Part shown: positions 47,601 through 60,029 of the stretch, in pieces
How the letters are laid out: each line of letters starts with the position of its first letter
How positions within the stretch are numbered: position 1 is the first letter of the stretch
Assembly: GCF_000981445.1 (NCBI RefSeq)
Contig: NC_027216.1
Span: forward strand, 1-64,000
Reading direction: 5' to 3'
Length of the DNA stretch: 64,000 nucleotides
DNA from: Babesia bigemina
Lineage: Eukaryota
Position numbers and translations under genes: made by a program
The notes under the pieces: model-generated
What the model saw: only the letters and a program-made list of their open reading frames with translations
Told to the model about the DNA's origin: nothing
Database searches by the model: none

Positions 47601-50600
47601 ATCTTGTATGCCTTTGAGTTTCCCATTGATGTGCGGATTCTCCAGATGAGTTACGTGCCAATCGGCGTATGCAGCAGCGTGTTGAATATCTCTGGAGAGC
47701 TGATCTAAATTGTTAGTGATGTCTTGGCCCTGGTTCTTCTTGAGGGACTCCATGTCACTTTTGAGTTTTTTAAGGCCTTCATTATCACCTTCACCAATGT
47801 GCTTTGCCATGAATTCCAAGTTCTTGATCACGCCTTTATTTTCGGGCTTGTCGTTGGCAGTACCCTGCAACACAGTTCTGAGCTCGTCAAGCTCAGTAGT
47901 TATTATGGTGACACCACCCTGTATGTCTTTGGGTTGTTGTGACAACGTTTCTTGTTGACGTTGGAGATGATGATTGATATTGTCGAAGCCCTTGGCGTTG
48001 CCATTCCATTGATCACCGTTACCGAACCCCTGTTGTATTAAATGTTTCAACGGATCGGCAACGTGAGTCACCAGTTCACCTTCAAGCCTTGTGAGTTCAT
48101 GTTCAACTTTATGCTTGGCTTCTTCAATTGCTTTGGATCTCACATCGAACTGCTGTGCTTGCAGCCCACTGATCACTTTTTGAATCGCTTGAAGACTCTC
48201 ACTATCGCCATTCTGACCACGGCCAATCATCTTTTCTAACAACTGTAGATTCTTCACGATGGTATCACTAATGAGATCACCACTTAACTTCTGGCTTGCC
48301 TTTCTAAGCATATCCTGTGTTTCGCTCATGACCGTATTTGTTGCGTCTTCAATTTTTTTGGTTGCCGCAGCCAACTTATCATTTTGCCCACGAAGGTCCT
48401 TTTTAATTTGACCCAGACTGGCGATTTTTTTACCTTTACCAGTATCCCACTCAGTGCCATTAAGCCCCTTCGTTAACAACTCTCTCAACCAGCGTATCAC
48501 GTCAATTTTAGGATTTCCGCTACTACCCTGCAACGCGGTTCTCAGCTCGTCTAGCACTGTGGTTATAAGTTTGACGCCTGCATCTATTTGTTTGGCTTGG
48601 CCGGTCAAGGATTTCTGTTGACGTTGAAGGTCATTCTCGATTTGCTGAAGGCCTTTCTCGCTTCCATGTTTTTCCCACAGATTTTTACTTAAACCAACAT
48701 CTCTCAAATCTTTAATCGTTTTTATGACGTCTTTATCTGCGTCACCTTCCAAAACAGCAAGAAGCTTCTTAAGTCGTCCTGTAATTGCTTTTGTGGCCCG
48801 CCCGATTTTATTGGGGTTCTTACTGAATTGCTGTGCCCACAGCTCACTTATCACATCATGAATTCGTTGAAGAGTTCCATCATGTTTATACTTACTTTGG
48901 CCAATCATATTCGCTAATATTTCCAACTGTTCCAGAATGTCATCGGGAATAAGTGGGTGGCTCAATTTGAATCCGAGTTTTACACGTTCCCACTTAATTT
49001 CGTGTATGGCTTCTCCAATTATTTTCGTTTCGTCCGATAACTTCTTATTCTGCTCGTGAAGTTCAGTCTCGATTTTCCCAAGACCGTCTTTGCCCTCCCA
49101 TGTTCCCCCCGCTAGACCCTTCCCCTTCAAATCTTTTAAATCGTCAATAACGCCTCTTGGGTCATTATCATTCAGCAACTTCTTTCTAAGCTCTTCAACC
49201 TTTGCCTTAATTGCTTTGACGGCTTCTTCAATTTTTTTTGAATTGGGGTCAAACTTTTGTTTTTGCAGTGTCTCAATCGCCTTTGTGATTGAATCAACGC
49301 CTTTGTCAGCACCAGCCAACTTTCCATCACCGAGCGCATTTTTTAGCTGTTCGAGATAATTTTTGATGCCATTTTTGTATGAAGCTGGCTCGCCAGTCAT
49401 GTATGCCCTTGTGTTACTAACCAGTTTCGTGATATCCTCAAGCTGCAACTGAATCGCTTTGAACGGATTTTCGAAAGTTTGTTCATCTATTTTATCATTG
49501 CCAATGTGTCTTGGATGAATGACACCCAGCTCCTTCATACCCTCACCACCAATTTTGTCGATCGCCTCTGCGAGTGGCCCATGCGGGTGCTTGGTCAGGA
49601 CGCCAACAGATATGTGTTTGAGGTATTTCTCAAGATTCTTCGAAAGTTTTACTCTATCTGCTTTACCTACAAACGGAATTTCATCCTTCCCAATGTGGTC
49701 ATTGAGTAATTTTTCAAGTTTCGGTTTGAGGTTTGTTGTGATCTCCTTGTGCGCATCGTGGAAGTTCTTCATCTTACTCCCCAAGTCAATGTCACTTCCA
49801 CCATCTGCACTAATCACTTTAGCCGCCTCTTCAATTGCCCCCTTGGCCGCATCCTTGACTTGCTGCCTAGCTTTGGTGTCGTACAAGGTAACAGCGGCGT
49901 CAAAACCTTGGATTGCTGTCTCAACTGGCTTTTTGACTTCCTGCTCAAATTTCTGTTGCATCGTAGTTCCAACCATATTCTTCGCATCTCCGATCGCCTT
50001 GTCAACGGCTTGGGCGGTGCCGTCAGGGGGGTTTGCATTACCGGATTCCGTGGGTTCAGTCGCATGGGTAAGATTCGTGTGAAGTCCATCAACAGTCGGC
50101 TTTATTTGGTCTATAATTGTGCCAAACAGCTTTATGCCTAAATAATCTACTTCCGCAGCTACCTGCCTGACGCAGCTGCAGAGCGCAATGAGTGCTGCTC
50201 TAATGGCGGTTTTGGGATGTTCGGCATTACCACTCGACCGAGTACGCTCTCCCGATAAACCAGGAATCTTATTGACTATCGGGTCAGCGAAACTTTCAAT
50301 TTGCCCTTTCATCAGCTTCTTATCAAGCTCTTCGACAAATGCCTCGCAAGCCTCTTTGACTTTTCTCAAATTTTCTACTATTGTATCTTTTACATCTTGT
50401 GATGATATTTTTGCCTGACCTGCCTTAATTTGGCTGCCAAGCTTCTCCTTGATTTGATCTTTAACAACTTTTAAAGCGTCTTCACGGGTTTTATACCTCT
50501 CAATGTACGCCGTTATCTACGACGTCACAGCCTTCATCCCATCAGTCTGCGTCCCTCGTTGATTCTCATTGATCCCCAAAATACTTCCAAGCCACCCATC

Positions 50601-53600
50601 TACTCTTGCGTCAACCCCGCTACCTCGGCTGTCAACAAACGCGTTATAGAGACCTCTTACGTTCGCGACAATGCCATCAATGCCACTTTCGTGACTCTTC
50701 GTACCAGTCCCCTTAATAACCCCTACTTGCTTCTTAATATGATCGAAAATCGTCTGGAATTTCATCTTATCCTCCCGTGATGCGTCGCCGCCGTCCGGAT
50801 TAATTTTCTCGCAGAGCTTTTCAATCGCATTTTCAACTGTCTTGACCTTATCGTCAAGCGGAGTCTTGATCGCACTCTCAAACATAGATTGTAGTTGCTT
50901 TTCCGCTTCCGTAAGTTTTTGTTTAGCATGATCGAGCGTTTCACTCTTTTTTTGATTAAGCTCCGCCAACTCCTTTTCAACGAGGCTCTCCACTCTACCG
51001 TTTTCAGCAAGCTTCATAATCCTCTCCCTCAACTTTACTAAATCTTCTTTCACCTTATCACCCAAATCACCAACCTTCAAACTCTCAATCACCTCAGCGA
51101 TCCCCAATTTTATATTATCCTTCACCACCTTCAAATCCCTCTTGAGATCTGCGTCCATATCCTTCACGGCGTCCAAAGCCTCCTTGACCTTAGACTCAAC
51201 TGTCTGCCTAGCCTCAGTAGCGGCAGTCAAAAGTTGCTTGCCCTTGTCTTGTAACTCTTTAGCTTGCGTGAAAATAGTGCCGTCATTTGATGTTTTAACT
51301 TTCTTGAGTATCTCATCACACTTCTTGTCTGCCTTGACGATGACATTACTGACGGCATTTTTCCACTTCCCCAAATCCTCAACTTCCTTTCCGAGATTCT
51401 CACTCGCAGCTTTAATTGCATTACTATCTTGACCAATTCCTTCAACTTTCTGGACGACAGCACTTTGCAATTCATCATGAACTTCCTGCGCCTTTTTTAT
51501 AGCCCCGTCAACCACACCCTTAGCCTTCTCATTCCACTGCTGCAGACTCCCAAGCTGGCCGGTAACATGCTTGCTAACTTCGTCTATCTTATTTTTAGCA
51601 TCCACAATCTTCTTGATATTCTCACTCAGTTTCTCATGAACTTGCAACTTATCGTACGCTTCCCTGGCCTTAGCCTCAGCGGCAGCGCGGATTTTCTCCG
51701 CCTCATTAATCCAGGTGTTCAGGCTCTTCACTTGTCTTTCAAGCTCCTTGTTTGCATTAACTATGGCCTGTCTAGCAGTATCGATCGCATCAATTTGACT
51801 GCCCAGCGTAGACTTGTCTTTTGCAGGATCCAACTTCTCGTGCACGTGCTTTGCCTTCTCAACCACAGTGCCAATCACAGTGTGCGCCGCCTCTCTCCAT
51901 TTGCGCAAATCGTCGTTTACAGATGTTAATCCCTTATCAACTGCTTCAACGTTTGCTTTTGCTGCTTTGATCTGCTTGATGCCTTGAGTAATCGGCTGCT
52001 GTCCATCTCCGTGATCCAACTTCGCATATACCTCCTCAGCTTTTTGGACCACATCCTGAAGCACTCTCTCAGCCTCCTTTTTCCATTCCCCCAATTTGCT
52101 GTCAACATCACCCAGCCCACTGTTAACATCCTTAATTGTCTGATTTGCTGTCTGAATCTCTTTGATTTTATTGCTCAGTTCGTCATGAACTTTCAGGCTA
52201 TCGTAAACTTCCTGGGCTTTCTTCTGCGCCTGCTCACGGATATGATCGGCCTCGGTGATCCATTTATTCAACTTTTCTGTTTGTTTTCGGAGGCTCTCAT
52301 TCGCTTTCTTAATATCTTCATTCGACGCATCGATTTGATTAAGGTTCTTGCCAATTGGATTGCCATCACCTTTTTGTGAAGGATCCAACTGCCCACTCAC
52401 CTCTCCGGCCTTCCCAGCAGCTTTGCTGATCACACCCTGCGCCGCAGTTTTCCAATCTCCCAAATCCTTGTGAACAGTTTCCAGTTGTGTGCTAACTCCT
52501 GAAACTGCATCTTTAGCTTCACTAATCTTCTCAAACCCTTGACGAATCTTCGTCCCAGAATTTTCATCTTTATCCAACCTTTTATGCACCTCATCCGCCT
52601 TCTTCTTAGCCACATTTACGGCGGCCTCAGCTTTCTCAATCCATCCATTCAACTCCTCAACTTTCTTGCCAAGCTCACTATCTATCTCCGCGGCGGCCTG
52701 GTCAATCGCCTTTCTATGCTCTCCATCAAGCTGCTTCATTATCTCATCAACATACGTTTTCACTGCATTAATATACTCTTTTGCTTCACCCATCCACTGC
52801 CCGAGTTCCTTGACATATTCCTCCAGACCGGCAGTGATACCTTCCAACTTCATTTTAATCTCCCTGACACGGTCCTTCAACAACTCGACAACCGTATGCA
52901 CTTATTGCTTAATTTTTTCCTTGACGCCCTTTGCGAGCTGTTTAAGCCTACTCTTGATTTTCTGTACCATCTTGTCCAACCGCTTTTTCTCCCCCTTCTT
53001 GGACCACTTGCTCAGCCAGTCGACGTGATTGAAAAAGCTTCTCCTGGCGTTCTCAAGCTTCTTTTTCAGCTTAGGGTTCAAGTCATTTATGGCGTCTTTT
53101 GCCGCCGTCAAGCTCTTAGAGAATACCCTGGCAACCTCTTTGCACCCCTCTACCAGGAAGACTGCGGACTCCACAGTTTGCTCATCTTCAGCTGACTTAG
53201 ATGTTTCCGTTATCTGCAAAGCTTGTATACCTTTACGCAACTCACCATCCGGTTTCACGTGTCCCAACACGGTCTCAATCGGCTCCTTGACTTTCTTGTT
53301 CGATGCCTTGACAGTGGCGTTGTAGTCCCGCAGGCCAGTGGCCACCTTGGGGATGACTTGACTCAACCCCTTGTGGCCACGCCACAGTTGGGATTTTAGC
53401 TCCACAATCACATCATGCAATACATCTCTACCAGCGACGTACGGCTGGTTATCACGGACGTCACTAAACACGGCGTACAAGAATGCCAGGATGGCATCGC
53501 ACAGGCGGGAGGCGTTGCCATATACAATCTCGGAACCGTCGTAGGTCCCAGGATACCGATAACCTAAGAGGCTGCCAGCGGAGGTGCAGAGATTATATAA

Positions 53601-53800
53601 AATGTTCTTATTAGGATTCTCAGAGTCTTCCGGAAGAGTGCTCTGAAACGTTGACAATCGTGAAATGACATCGTGGGCGGATGACTCATCTGATGCGGTT
53701 CAAGACGACAAAGATCTTTCAGTGTTATGAACAACATTGTATAACGGCTTACAAAGATCGTTGGGGGGCACTGGATTACAGGCACCGGTAGTCACCGGGA
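44695..53800 (-). pseudogene. Giant (~3000 codon) ves-family gene with helical repeats, disrupted by two nonsense codons and a frameshift
   Basis: ORFs 52902-53657, 50517-52901 and 47097-50369 share one frame, split by TAA (52902-4) and TAG (50517-9). A frameshift near 47200 leads into 44695-47154. N-terminal NILYNLC...YDGSEIVY...RLCDAIL; Cys-rich C-domain; TM and LYRMEILRILSH tail. The 5' end is degenerate, so that boundary is approximate. Confidence 0.8.
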
Positions 53801-54975
53801 TAATAGTCAGTCGCTGCGCGACGGTCCTCTAGTCAATAGGTATATCACTGCGACTCCATGGCATCTACCATTCAACGCTGACGCAGCCTATCAATAACAC
53901 ACCAGTCCAACTAACAAACAACCCACCGCCTAACCTACCTCCTAACCGAGTGTCTAATGTGTTCAACCCATTAAGACGCTTGTTGTTGTTTGAGATGTTG
54001 AGCTGTAAATTACTTTCTATATGTGGCAGTTTTTTCTGATGACCTCGGTCGTATGCGAAGCTTAGTTGTGTATCATATAGGCTAGCGGTTAATAGGTATC
54101 ATCATCTGAGGTTCTTGTTCATCTGTCTCATATCTGTATGGTATGGTGTGGCATTGATTTGATTCGTAGATAGGTGATAAACGCCAAATTCAACTAGTCC
54201 GGCGTGACGATAGCTAGGTGGCGCGGTAACGTGGCGTCAGTGGGCTAGACAGTAATGATCACCAACATGACGACCCCACTTTGCCCCACAATGGCCTGTC
54301 TAGGCGCCCGGCAACATAACAACAGCTTGGCTTGTATACAGCTGTAAAGTGGAGTGGTTTATGATGGGTGAAGTCAAAGAAGCACGATTGGTATGGCTGT
54401 TGATGCGCATGTTACGGCAAAAAATATGATTCACATGCATTTATATCACTGGTATATCCGTGGTGCTAGACGCGCAGCTGTCGTGTTGCGGGCAGTCGGT
54501 TGGATGCCGTTTTTTAAATGGATGCATACGCCAATGTGAGACGGTTTGGCAACGCCGCAATGTAGGGTCGGGGGAGCTGCGAGGCCGTTAACCCTCTGTT
54601 GCAGCCCACCTAGTCATAAGCAACTCGAGCTTCGTGTCTGCAGGATACCTGGACATATCACCGTAATCCCATGTCAGGTAAGTGAGATGGTGGTATCATT
54701 TCAGTATTTCATGTTGTCTACGAGGGAGAAGTGGGCAAGTGATTGGCTGCGCGTCCACGCTTGTCGCACTTGGCTTTTGTGCCGTGACATACTTTTGTCA
54801 CTCAGCTTTGTGCATTGTAGCTCTCTCATCTAGCGCACTTAGCGGCGTGGATAGTTTTTTTGGTAGGGGCATCAGCACATCTTTTGTAACTTTAGTGTTT
54901 TCTGGTTAACAGCATTTGTACTCTAACTTCGGTGCTTTGTAAAGGTAGCTTATTGTGTGACAGGAAGTGGAAAGG

Positions 54976-57900
54976 ATGACGGGGCATGGAATTGAACTTC
55001 GCACTCTTAGGGACTGTCTCCAGTTCTTTGAGTGGCTGAAAGATGCTAAGCCGATGCATCCACAGCTGGCTGATGAACTGGTTAAACGTTACGGAGAATC
55101 TTATAATCATATTTCGTTCACACGCCAATTACCACCTGATCTATTCGGATTTCTCGACCGCGTCTCAACGTTTTACAAGAAGCTAGCGACAGCGCCAGTT
55201 GGCGGCAGTTATGTCAGTCCAACAGCACCAGATGTCATAGACGCTCTCCTCCAGTGTATTCCGAAATTCCTCGCCGCCTTGTACTATATCTGGTACAATG
55301 TAGATTTTAAGCTCGAAGCAGTGGGCGGAGGCAAGTGGAAGGATTTGTATGTTGGGTGGGAAGCAACACGAAGTTGGTGGGGTCGATACCCCGAGTCGGG
55401 AGGTGAACTGCAGCGATATCTCAGAAGTTCAGTATCTATTAATTTTCACGTTTTACCCGGAGGCTTCGGTGACAATGAGGTGATATGTGGTTATGACTAT
55501 CCTAGATATGGCTATCAGTTTGGCAAAAATATGATTAAGGACCTAAACAATATTTTAAAAACAAAATACCATCAATTATTTCGCGACGTGTTTTCCACAT
55601 CGGTGGTTTCGAAGTTTGGCACTCAGTACTCCAACACTGCGAACGTTCTTGCATTGGTGAAAATGTTCTGCCACATGGTGGGAACAGACGGCGGTGCCAT
55701 AAAAAGAGCTTTGGAAAAGGACCTAAGCGGAAAGTGTATTGATTGGCAACAGTTATTGGATCATTGTAAAAGGCTTGAATCACAATTGGGGAATTTATTC
55801 AAAGATGATGCCTTTTCTCACACCGGGAAAGCGCCGGGAATTGATACGCTTCACAGTGAAAACTTTGCAAAAAAAACAGCGAAGTGGTTTAGACAACATT
55901 TGCCTGCGGTGCAGAGCAATGTTAAGAAAATTAGTGCAAAATACCCTGCAGATGACAGTACTTGGTTGAACACGCTTCATCCGTTTGTCATAAAAAATGT
56001 GCTTCCTTACGGTTTCGTATTTGGTGATAATAGCTATGGAACGATGGGTAACGCCTGGAAAACATTGCCACCCAAGTGGAATGGTACAATTGGGATGCTA
56101 AAACAGGAAAATGGAGGTCTGAAAAAATTGAAAATGCTTTTGGAAGGCGGGGCATGTAAGGCCCAGCCTTCGCCTCAGCCCCCTCCGCCTCCAATAACCT
56201 CACCCCAGCCTTCTAGTTCAAGTGTCGCAAGTACATCCGTCGCTCAAGGTTCCGGAAGGCAGCAAAATCAGGTGCATCATATAGTCCTTCCTGGTAATGG
56301 AGCATCGGGAGGTGGAGGACATTCTCAACGCCCAAATAATCAATCCCAAGGTGCTCAACAGCGTAGTTCACATGTTTCGCCCGTCACTGACACGGCGGGA
56401 TCTTCAAATCAAAACAACGGGCAAAGTGAAGGGCAGCCTGAAGTTTTACGAAGTAGCAATACTGTTGCACCTACACCTACCGGTAAGGATGGGCCTGGAG
56501 GACCGACAGGTGCGTCTGGTGATCGAAGTCCAGAAGGGCCTAAAGTAGAGAAGGGAGATCAAGGCCCGCAAGGGCATCCTAGTACCGGGTCTACTAGATC
56601 TTCTCCATCTAAAGATGCAGTTCAGCCGCGACAGCCTCCGTCTCAATCTCTGCCATCGCCTCCCCCTCCGCAGACGCCATCCAGTCCTACTGCACCCAAC
56701 GGTCCGAATGGTTCAGCAAGTGATACAGGTGCGGTTCCACGTAGCAATGATGCTTCAAGTTCAGAGCCTGCTGCTACTTTACAGGTTACGATCACCCAAC
56801 GTCCAAGTGCTTCAGGTTCAGACTCTGAGTCATCTGGTGTCCCCGATTCCGGTGGAGGTATGGGCCCGGGTGGCCAGGCAAACCCTTCTAGGTCTATTCA
56901 ACAAAATGGTCAAGTTCTTCAGAGAAATGACAACGCCGGTACTACGACACCATCCGTCCAGGGTTCTGGTTCAGTTGCCGGTGGAGCGGGAGGGAGTGAT
57001 ATGCAGAGAGGTGCAGCTAAACAGGACGCATTTAAATGCTCTAATGCAACTTTGCCATTTAGCTTTGGCGGGACAACGTTGTGTCAGCCAAAATCTCAGA
57101 AAGCTACAGGTAATTACGATGACATCTGGGAGAAAGCCCAGAAAAAAACATTTGATCAGGATCTACTAAAACGATCACAGAAAACAAATTTGCTCAGAAA
57201 GCATAAATCACATATATCTGCTAGTTTGCCCTCTCATCCCGACCACAGTGCTCCCGGGATTTCCCCTCAGACTACCCGTGGCCGGGCCGGTCGTGTCAAA
57301 CCGTACTACAATCCACAGGAAAGGAATACTAGGCAAGGCAGCATTAATGTAAGGGACCCTGGTATTCCTAAAGTAACTCTTGAAGGTAGAGCACTTAGTG
57401 AAAATGCTCGCCATATTAAGGAAAAGGAGGTGAAGGAAGCAGAACGGAAGCGTTTGTTTCAACAAAAAATACAAGACGGTATTAATGCTGAGATCGAGAA
57501 TAAAATTTACATGAGAAAACTTGAAGATGAAGAGGAAAATAAAATTGAACAACATACTAAAAATGGGGGAAATGACTTTGAAAAGCAGACGTTTCAACGG
57601 GAACTGATTGATGGCCTCACTACGGAAGTCCTCAACCCCTATCCTCCAGGCCCCAAAATTGGAGTTCCCGTTGGATATGCGCTTAAGCACCCCAAGACAG
57701 CAATAAAGCCGCTGCCTTCGCAATCTATTCCGGATATCATGTCTCAGCCTATACCAGATCCCAACCGGGGACATCGCTTGCCACCTTTTCCCCCGAACTA
57801 CAATCCAACTGAGCACGATGGCCCCAATCGTATAAAAACCCCAGTTACCGTACAACTTGACCAATCAAGTGATGAAAATTTGAACATATCTACCACCTAC

Positions 57901-59931
57901 CTGGCGACTAACCCCCAAAGAGACGTTAGGGCTGCCACATCTCAGGAAACAAAACTAACCTTACCGCCAGCTCTGATAAGTGGATGGACGATTTCAGATC
58001 CTAATTTAAAAAATTATGCTTCCTTTATACCTACTGCCGACCTGGATCCTCCCCCGCCCCCACCTCCGATGAGCATTAAAGTAAAAGATTTTAACTCGCA
58101 TGATAATGTTTTGAAATCTGAACTTACCCGGACACATACAGCACACATTATGCATCCCATTGATCCAGCCTCACCGTATGATACGTACCCCGGGCTGCCT
58201 CCCGTATGGCCACCACCAGACCTCAAATCAGATTCCGGCGCAGACTACAATGATCCTAGAAACTGGGGAAGGTTTAAGAATTACGGTTTTGATCTATTTC
58301 CCAATCCAGACATGTGCAATAATCCTTGGAATTACGTTCATAATTCCACCACCTCACCAACCCTCCCCCCTCCACCAGACTCCGACCATCTACCGCCTCC
58401 CACCAACGTCAAGGCCATGCTCTTCTGGCTGGTCGGTTTCAATACGTACGGACTTATTGCCAAGATGGAGAGACACATGGAAAATATACTCAATGAAATT
58501 AACAGTGATACATTCTACCCTAAGTACGCCCTTGCGATCACCGGGGACCCATCCTCCTTGTCCGCATCTCATATCGCCGACACCCTTACCGAGGCTTGCC
58601 TTTATTCAGCACACGTACTCAACGGCATTATGCGTATGAAATCCGAGGACGCCTTGGCTCCCATCGACTTCAAATCCGTATATAGTAAGTTTCGTTACTC
58701 CCCCGACCCCGCCTGTCTCCTCTGCCAGCTGCGTGACTACGTGTACGCCTGCCACCACCAGTTGCAGTTTCTGAAGGCGCAGTGTAAGAGGGACAAACTA
58801 AGTGGTGGATGGAAAAATTATGAGTACGGCAGTGACATCACTGCTCCCAACTCCCCCCTCCAGGCGTTCCTGACTGACGGCTGGGACTCCACCTTCGAGA
58901 CTCACCCCTTCGACCCGTGCAACCTGTGCCACAAGAGCAGAATCAGGATGGGATTTAAGAAGAATGATTTGCCAAAGACCTCGCAACTGGGGAGTGTCAT
59001 TTCCACCATCCTCTCTCCCAGCTGCGGCGGCGATGACCCCCTGCTGACCCTGTCCTCCTACCTCAACTGCCTCACCAGGCGGACGCCGAGGACAACAGGG
59101 GAGCTTGTGTCCTTCTTCCACAATTTCGGGAATGAGATGCACGGGTATGCTTCAGATGCATTGTCTCTACTAGGAAACTCACTCCGCAATCCGCATCTCG
59201 ACTGCCCCGACTGGGACCATCTTGTTCGCCAGGACCTCCAAGTCGTCAAAGGCATCCGTGGTCATGCGTCTCTCATCTACAAGCCCAACTCCAAACATTA
59301 CCATCCCCGTACCCTGTCCACACTGGTCGGCTGCGGTAGTGACCCTGACAGCTGCCCTCAACACTGCCCGCCCATCACCTACCGGGCCTACGCCCTGTAC
59401 TCCCAGAGCTTCGCCCACACCTACCTCAGCTGGACGGTGTACCTGCCGGACAGATTGCATGAGTCACTTCAAAAGCTGCACTATGATTTCCAGAAGCATA
59501 AATGTTCTAGTGACAAATTTTTCCACTCATGTTCCACTGCGCTGCCCCTCCTCTACTTACACGGGTTCACGCCGCCGGAGGTGGGATCGCAGCCGAAACT
59601 CACGTGCTCAAATGTTATCGAAAAGATAAAGGACATCGTCGCAGGCAAGCCTATCGCATCACTCATGACCGCCATGGACGAGTTTCTCTACAACATCCGG
59701 GAGCCATTCATCTTCACTCTCGTCGCACTCTGGTCTGTAGCATTATTCTTGTGCGCCAACACGATGCTATACCGACTGGACGTGCTGCGCATACGATCTC
59801 ACTTCACGCGCTCCAGGGGGTCTCACGTCATCGATGTCAAGGCGTTACTCACGGACGGCACGAAAATGCCCTCGCTCTACGACATCGACTACTTTGACGA
59901 GGACCCTATTGGTCAACTTGTAATTCAATAG
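54976..59931 (+). CDS. Intact ves-like variant erythrocyte surface antigen family protein (~1650 aa)
   Basis: MTGHGIELRTLRDCLQF start, low-complexity P/S/G/Q middle, conserved CLLCQLRDYVYAC...SPLQAFL...RRTPRTTGELVSFF, TM IREPFIFTLVALW and tail LYRLDVLRIRSH. Confidence 0.85.
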   Translation: MTGHGIELRTLRDCLQFFEWLKDAKPMHPQLADELVKRYGESYNHISFTRQLPPDLFGFLDRVSTFYKKLATAPVGGSYVSPTAPDVIDALLQCIPKFLAALYYIWYNVDFKLEAVGGGKWKDLYVGWEATRSWWGRYPESGGELQRYLRSSVSINFHVLPGGFGDNEVICGYDYPRYGYQFGKNMIKDLNNILKTKYHQLFRDVFSTSVVSKFGTQYSNTANVLALVKMFCHMVGTDGGAIKRALEKDLSGKCIDWQQLLDHCKRLESQLGNLFKDDAFSHTGKAPGIDTLHSENFAKKTAKWFRQHLPAVQSNVKKISAKYPADDSTWLNTLHPFVIKNVLPYGFVFGDNSYGTMGNAWKTLPPKWNGTIGMLKQENGGLKKLKMLLEGGACKAQPSPQPPPPPITSPQPSSSSVASTSVAQGSGRQQNQVHHIVLPGNGASGGGGHSQRPNNQSQGAQQRSSHVSPVTDTAGSSNQNNGQSEGQPEVLRSSNTVAPTPTGKDGPGGPTGASGDRSPEGPKVEKGDQGPQGHPSTGSTRSSPSKDAVQPRQPPSQSLPSPPPPQTPSSPTAPNGPNGSASDTGAVPRSNDASSSEPAATLQVTITQRPSASGSDSESSGVPDSGGGMGPGGQANPSRSIQQNGQVLQRNDNAGTTTPSVQGSGSVAGGAGGSDMQRGAAKQDAFKCSNATLPFSFGGTTLCQPKSQKATGNYDDIWEKAQKKTFDQDLLKRSQKTNLLRKHKSHISASLPSHPDHSAPGISPQTTRGRAGRVKPYYNPQERNTRQGSINVRDPGIPKVTLEGRALSENARHIKEKEVKEAERKRLFQQKIQDGINAEIENKIYMRKLEDEEENKIEQHTKNGGNDFEKQTFQRELIDGLTTEVLNPYPPGPKIGVPVGYALKHPKTAIKPLPSQSIPDIMSQPIPDPNRGHRLPPFPPNYNPTEHDGPNRIKTPVTVQLDQSSDENLNISTTYLATNPQRDVRAATSQETKLTLPPALISGWTISDPNLKNYASFIPTADLDPPPPPPPMSIKVKDFNSHDNVLKSELTRTHTAHIMHPIDPASPYDTYPGLPPVWPPPDLKSDSGADYNDPRNWGRFKNYGFDLFPNPDMCNNPWNYVHNSTTSPTLPPPPDSDHLPPPTNVKAMLFWLVGFNTYGLIAKMERHMENILNEINSDTFYPKYALAITGDPSSLSASHIADTLTEACLYSAHVLNGIMRMKSEDALAPIDFKSVYSKFRYSPDPACLLCQLRDYVYACHHQLQFLKAQCKRDKLSGGWKNYEYGSDITAPNSPLQAFLTDGWDSTFETHPFDPCNLCHKSRIRMGFKKNDLPKTSQLGSVISTILSPSCGGDDPLLTLSSYLNCLTRRTPRTTGELVSFFHNFGNEMHGYASDALSLLGNSLRNPHLDCPDWDHLVRQDLQVVKGIRGHASLIYKPNSKHYHPRTLSTLVGCGSDPDSCPQHCPPITYRAYALYSQSFAHTYLSWTVYLPDRLHESLQKLHYDFQKHKCSSDKFFHSCSTALPLLYLHGFTPPEVGSQPKLTCSNVIEKIKDIVAGKPIASLMTAMDEFLYNIREPFIFTLVALWSVALFLCANTMLYRLDVLRIRSHFTRSRGSHVIDVKALLTDGTKMPSLYDIDYFDEDPIGQLVIQ

Positions 59932-60029
59932 TTAACACATTCACATATTCATGTTGTTATGCATTATGCAGTGTAATGTATATGCTCTTACTGGTGTACT
60001 GCGGTGTGGTTACGTTCGGCTAGGGCCAC

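Noticed and set aside
47097..52901. Horizontal transfer of a bacterial Ebh/adhesin gene
   Set aside because: The resemblance is generic helical-repeat composition; the flanking domains are Babesia ves-family.
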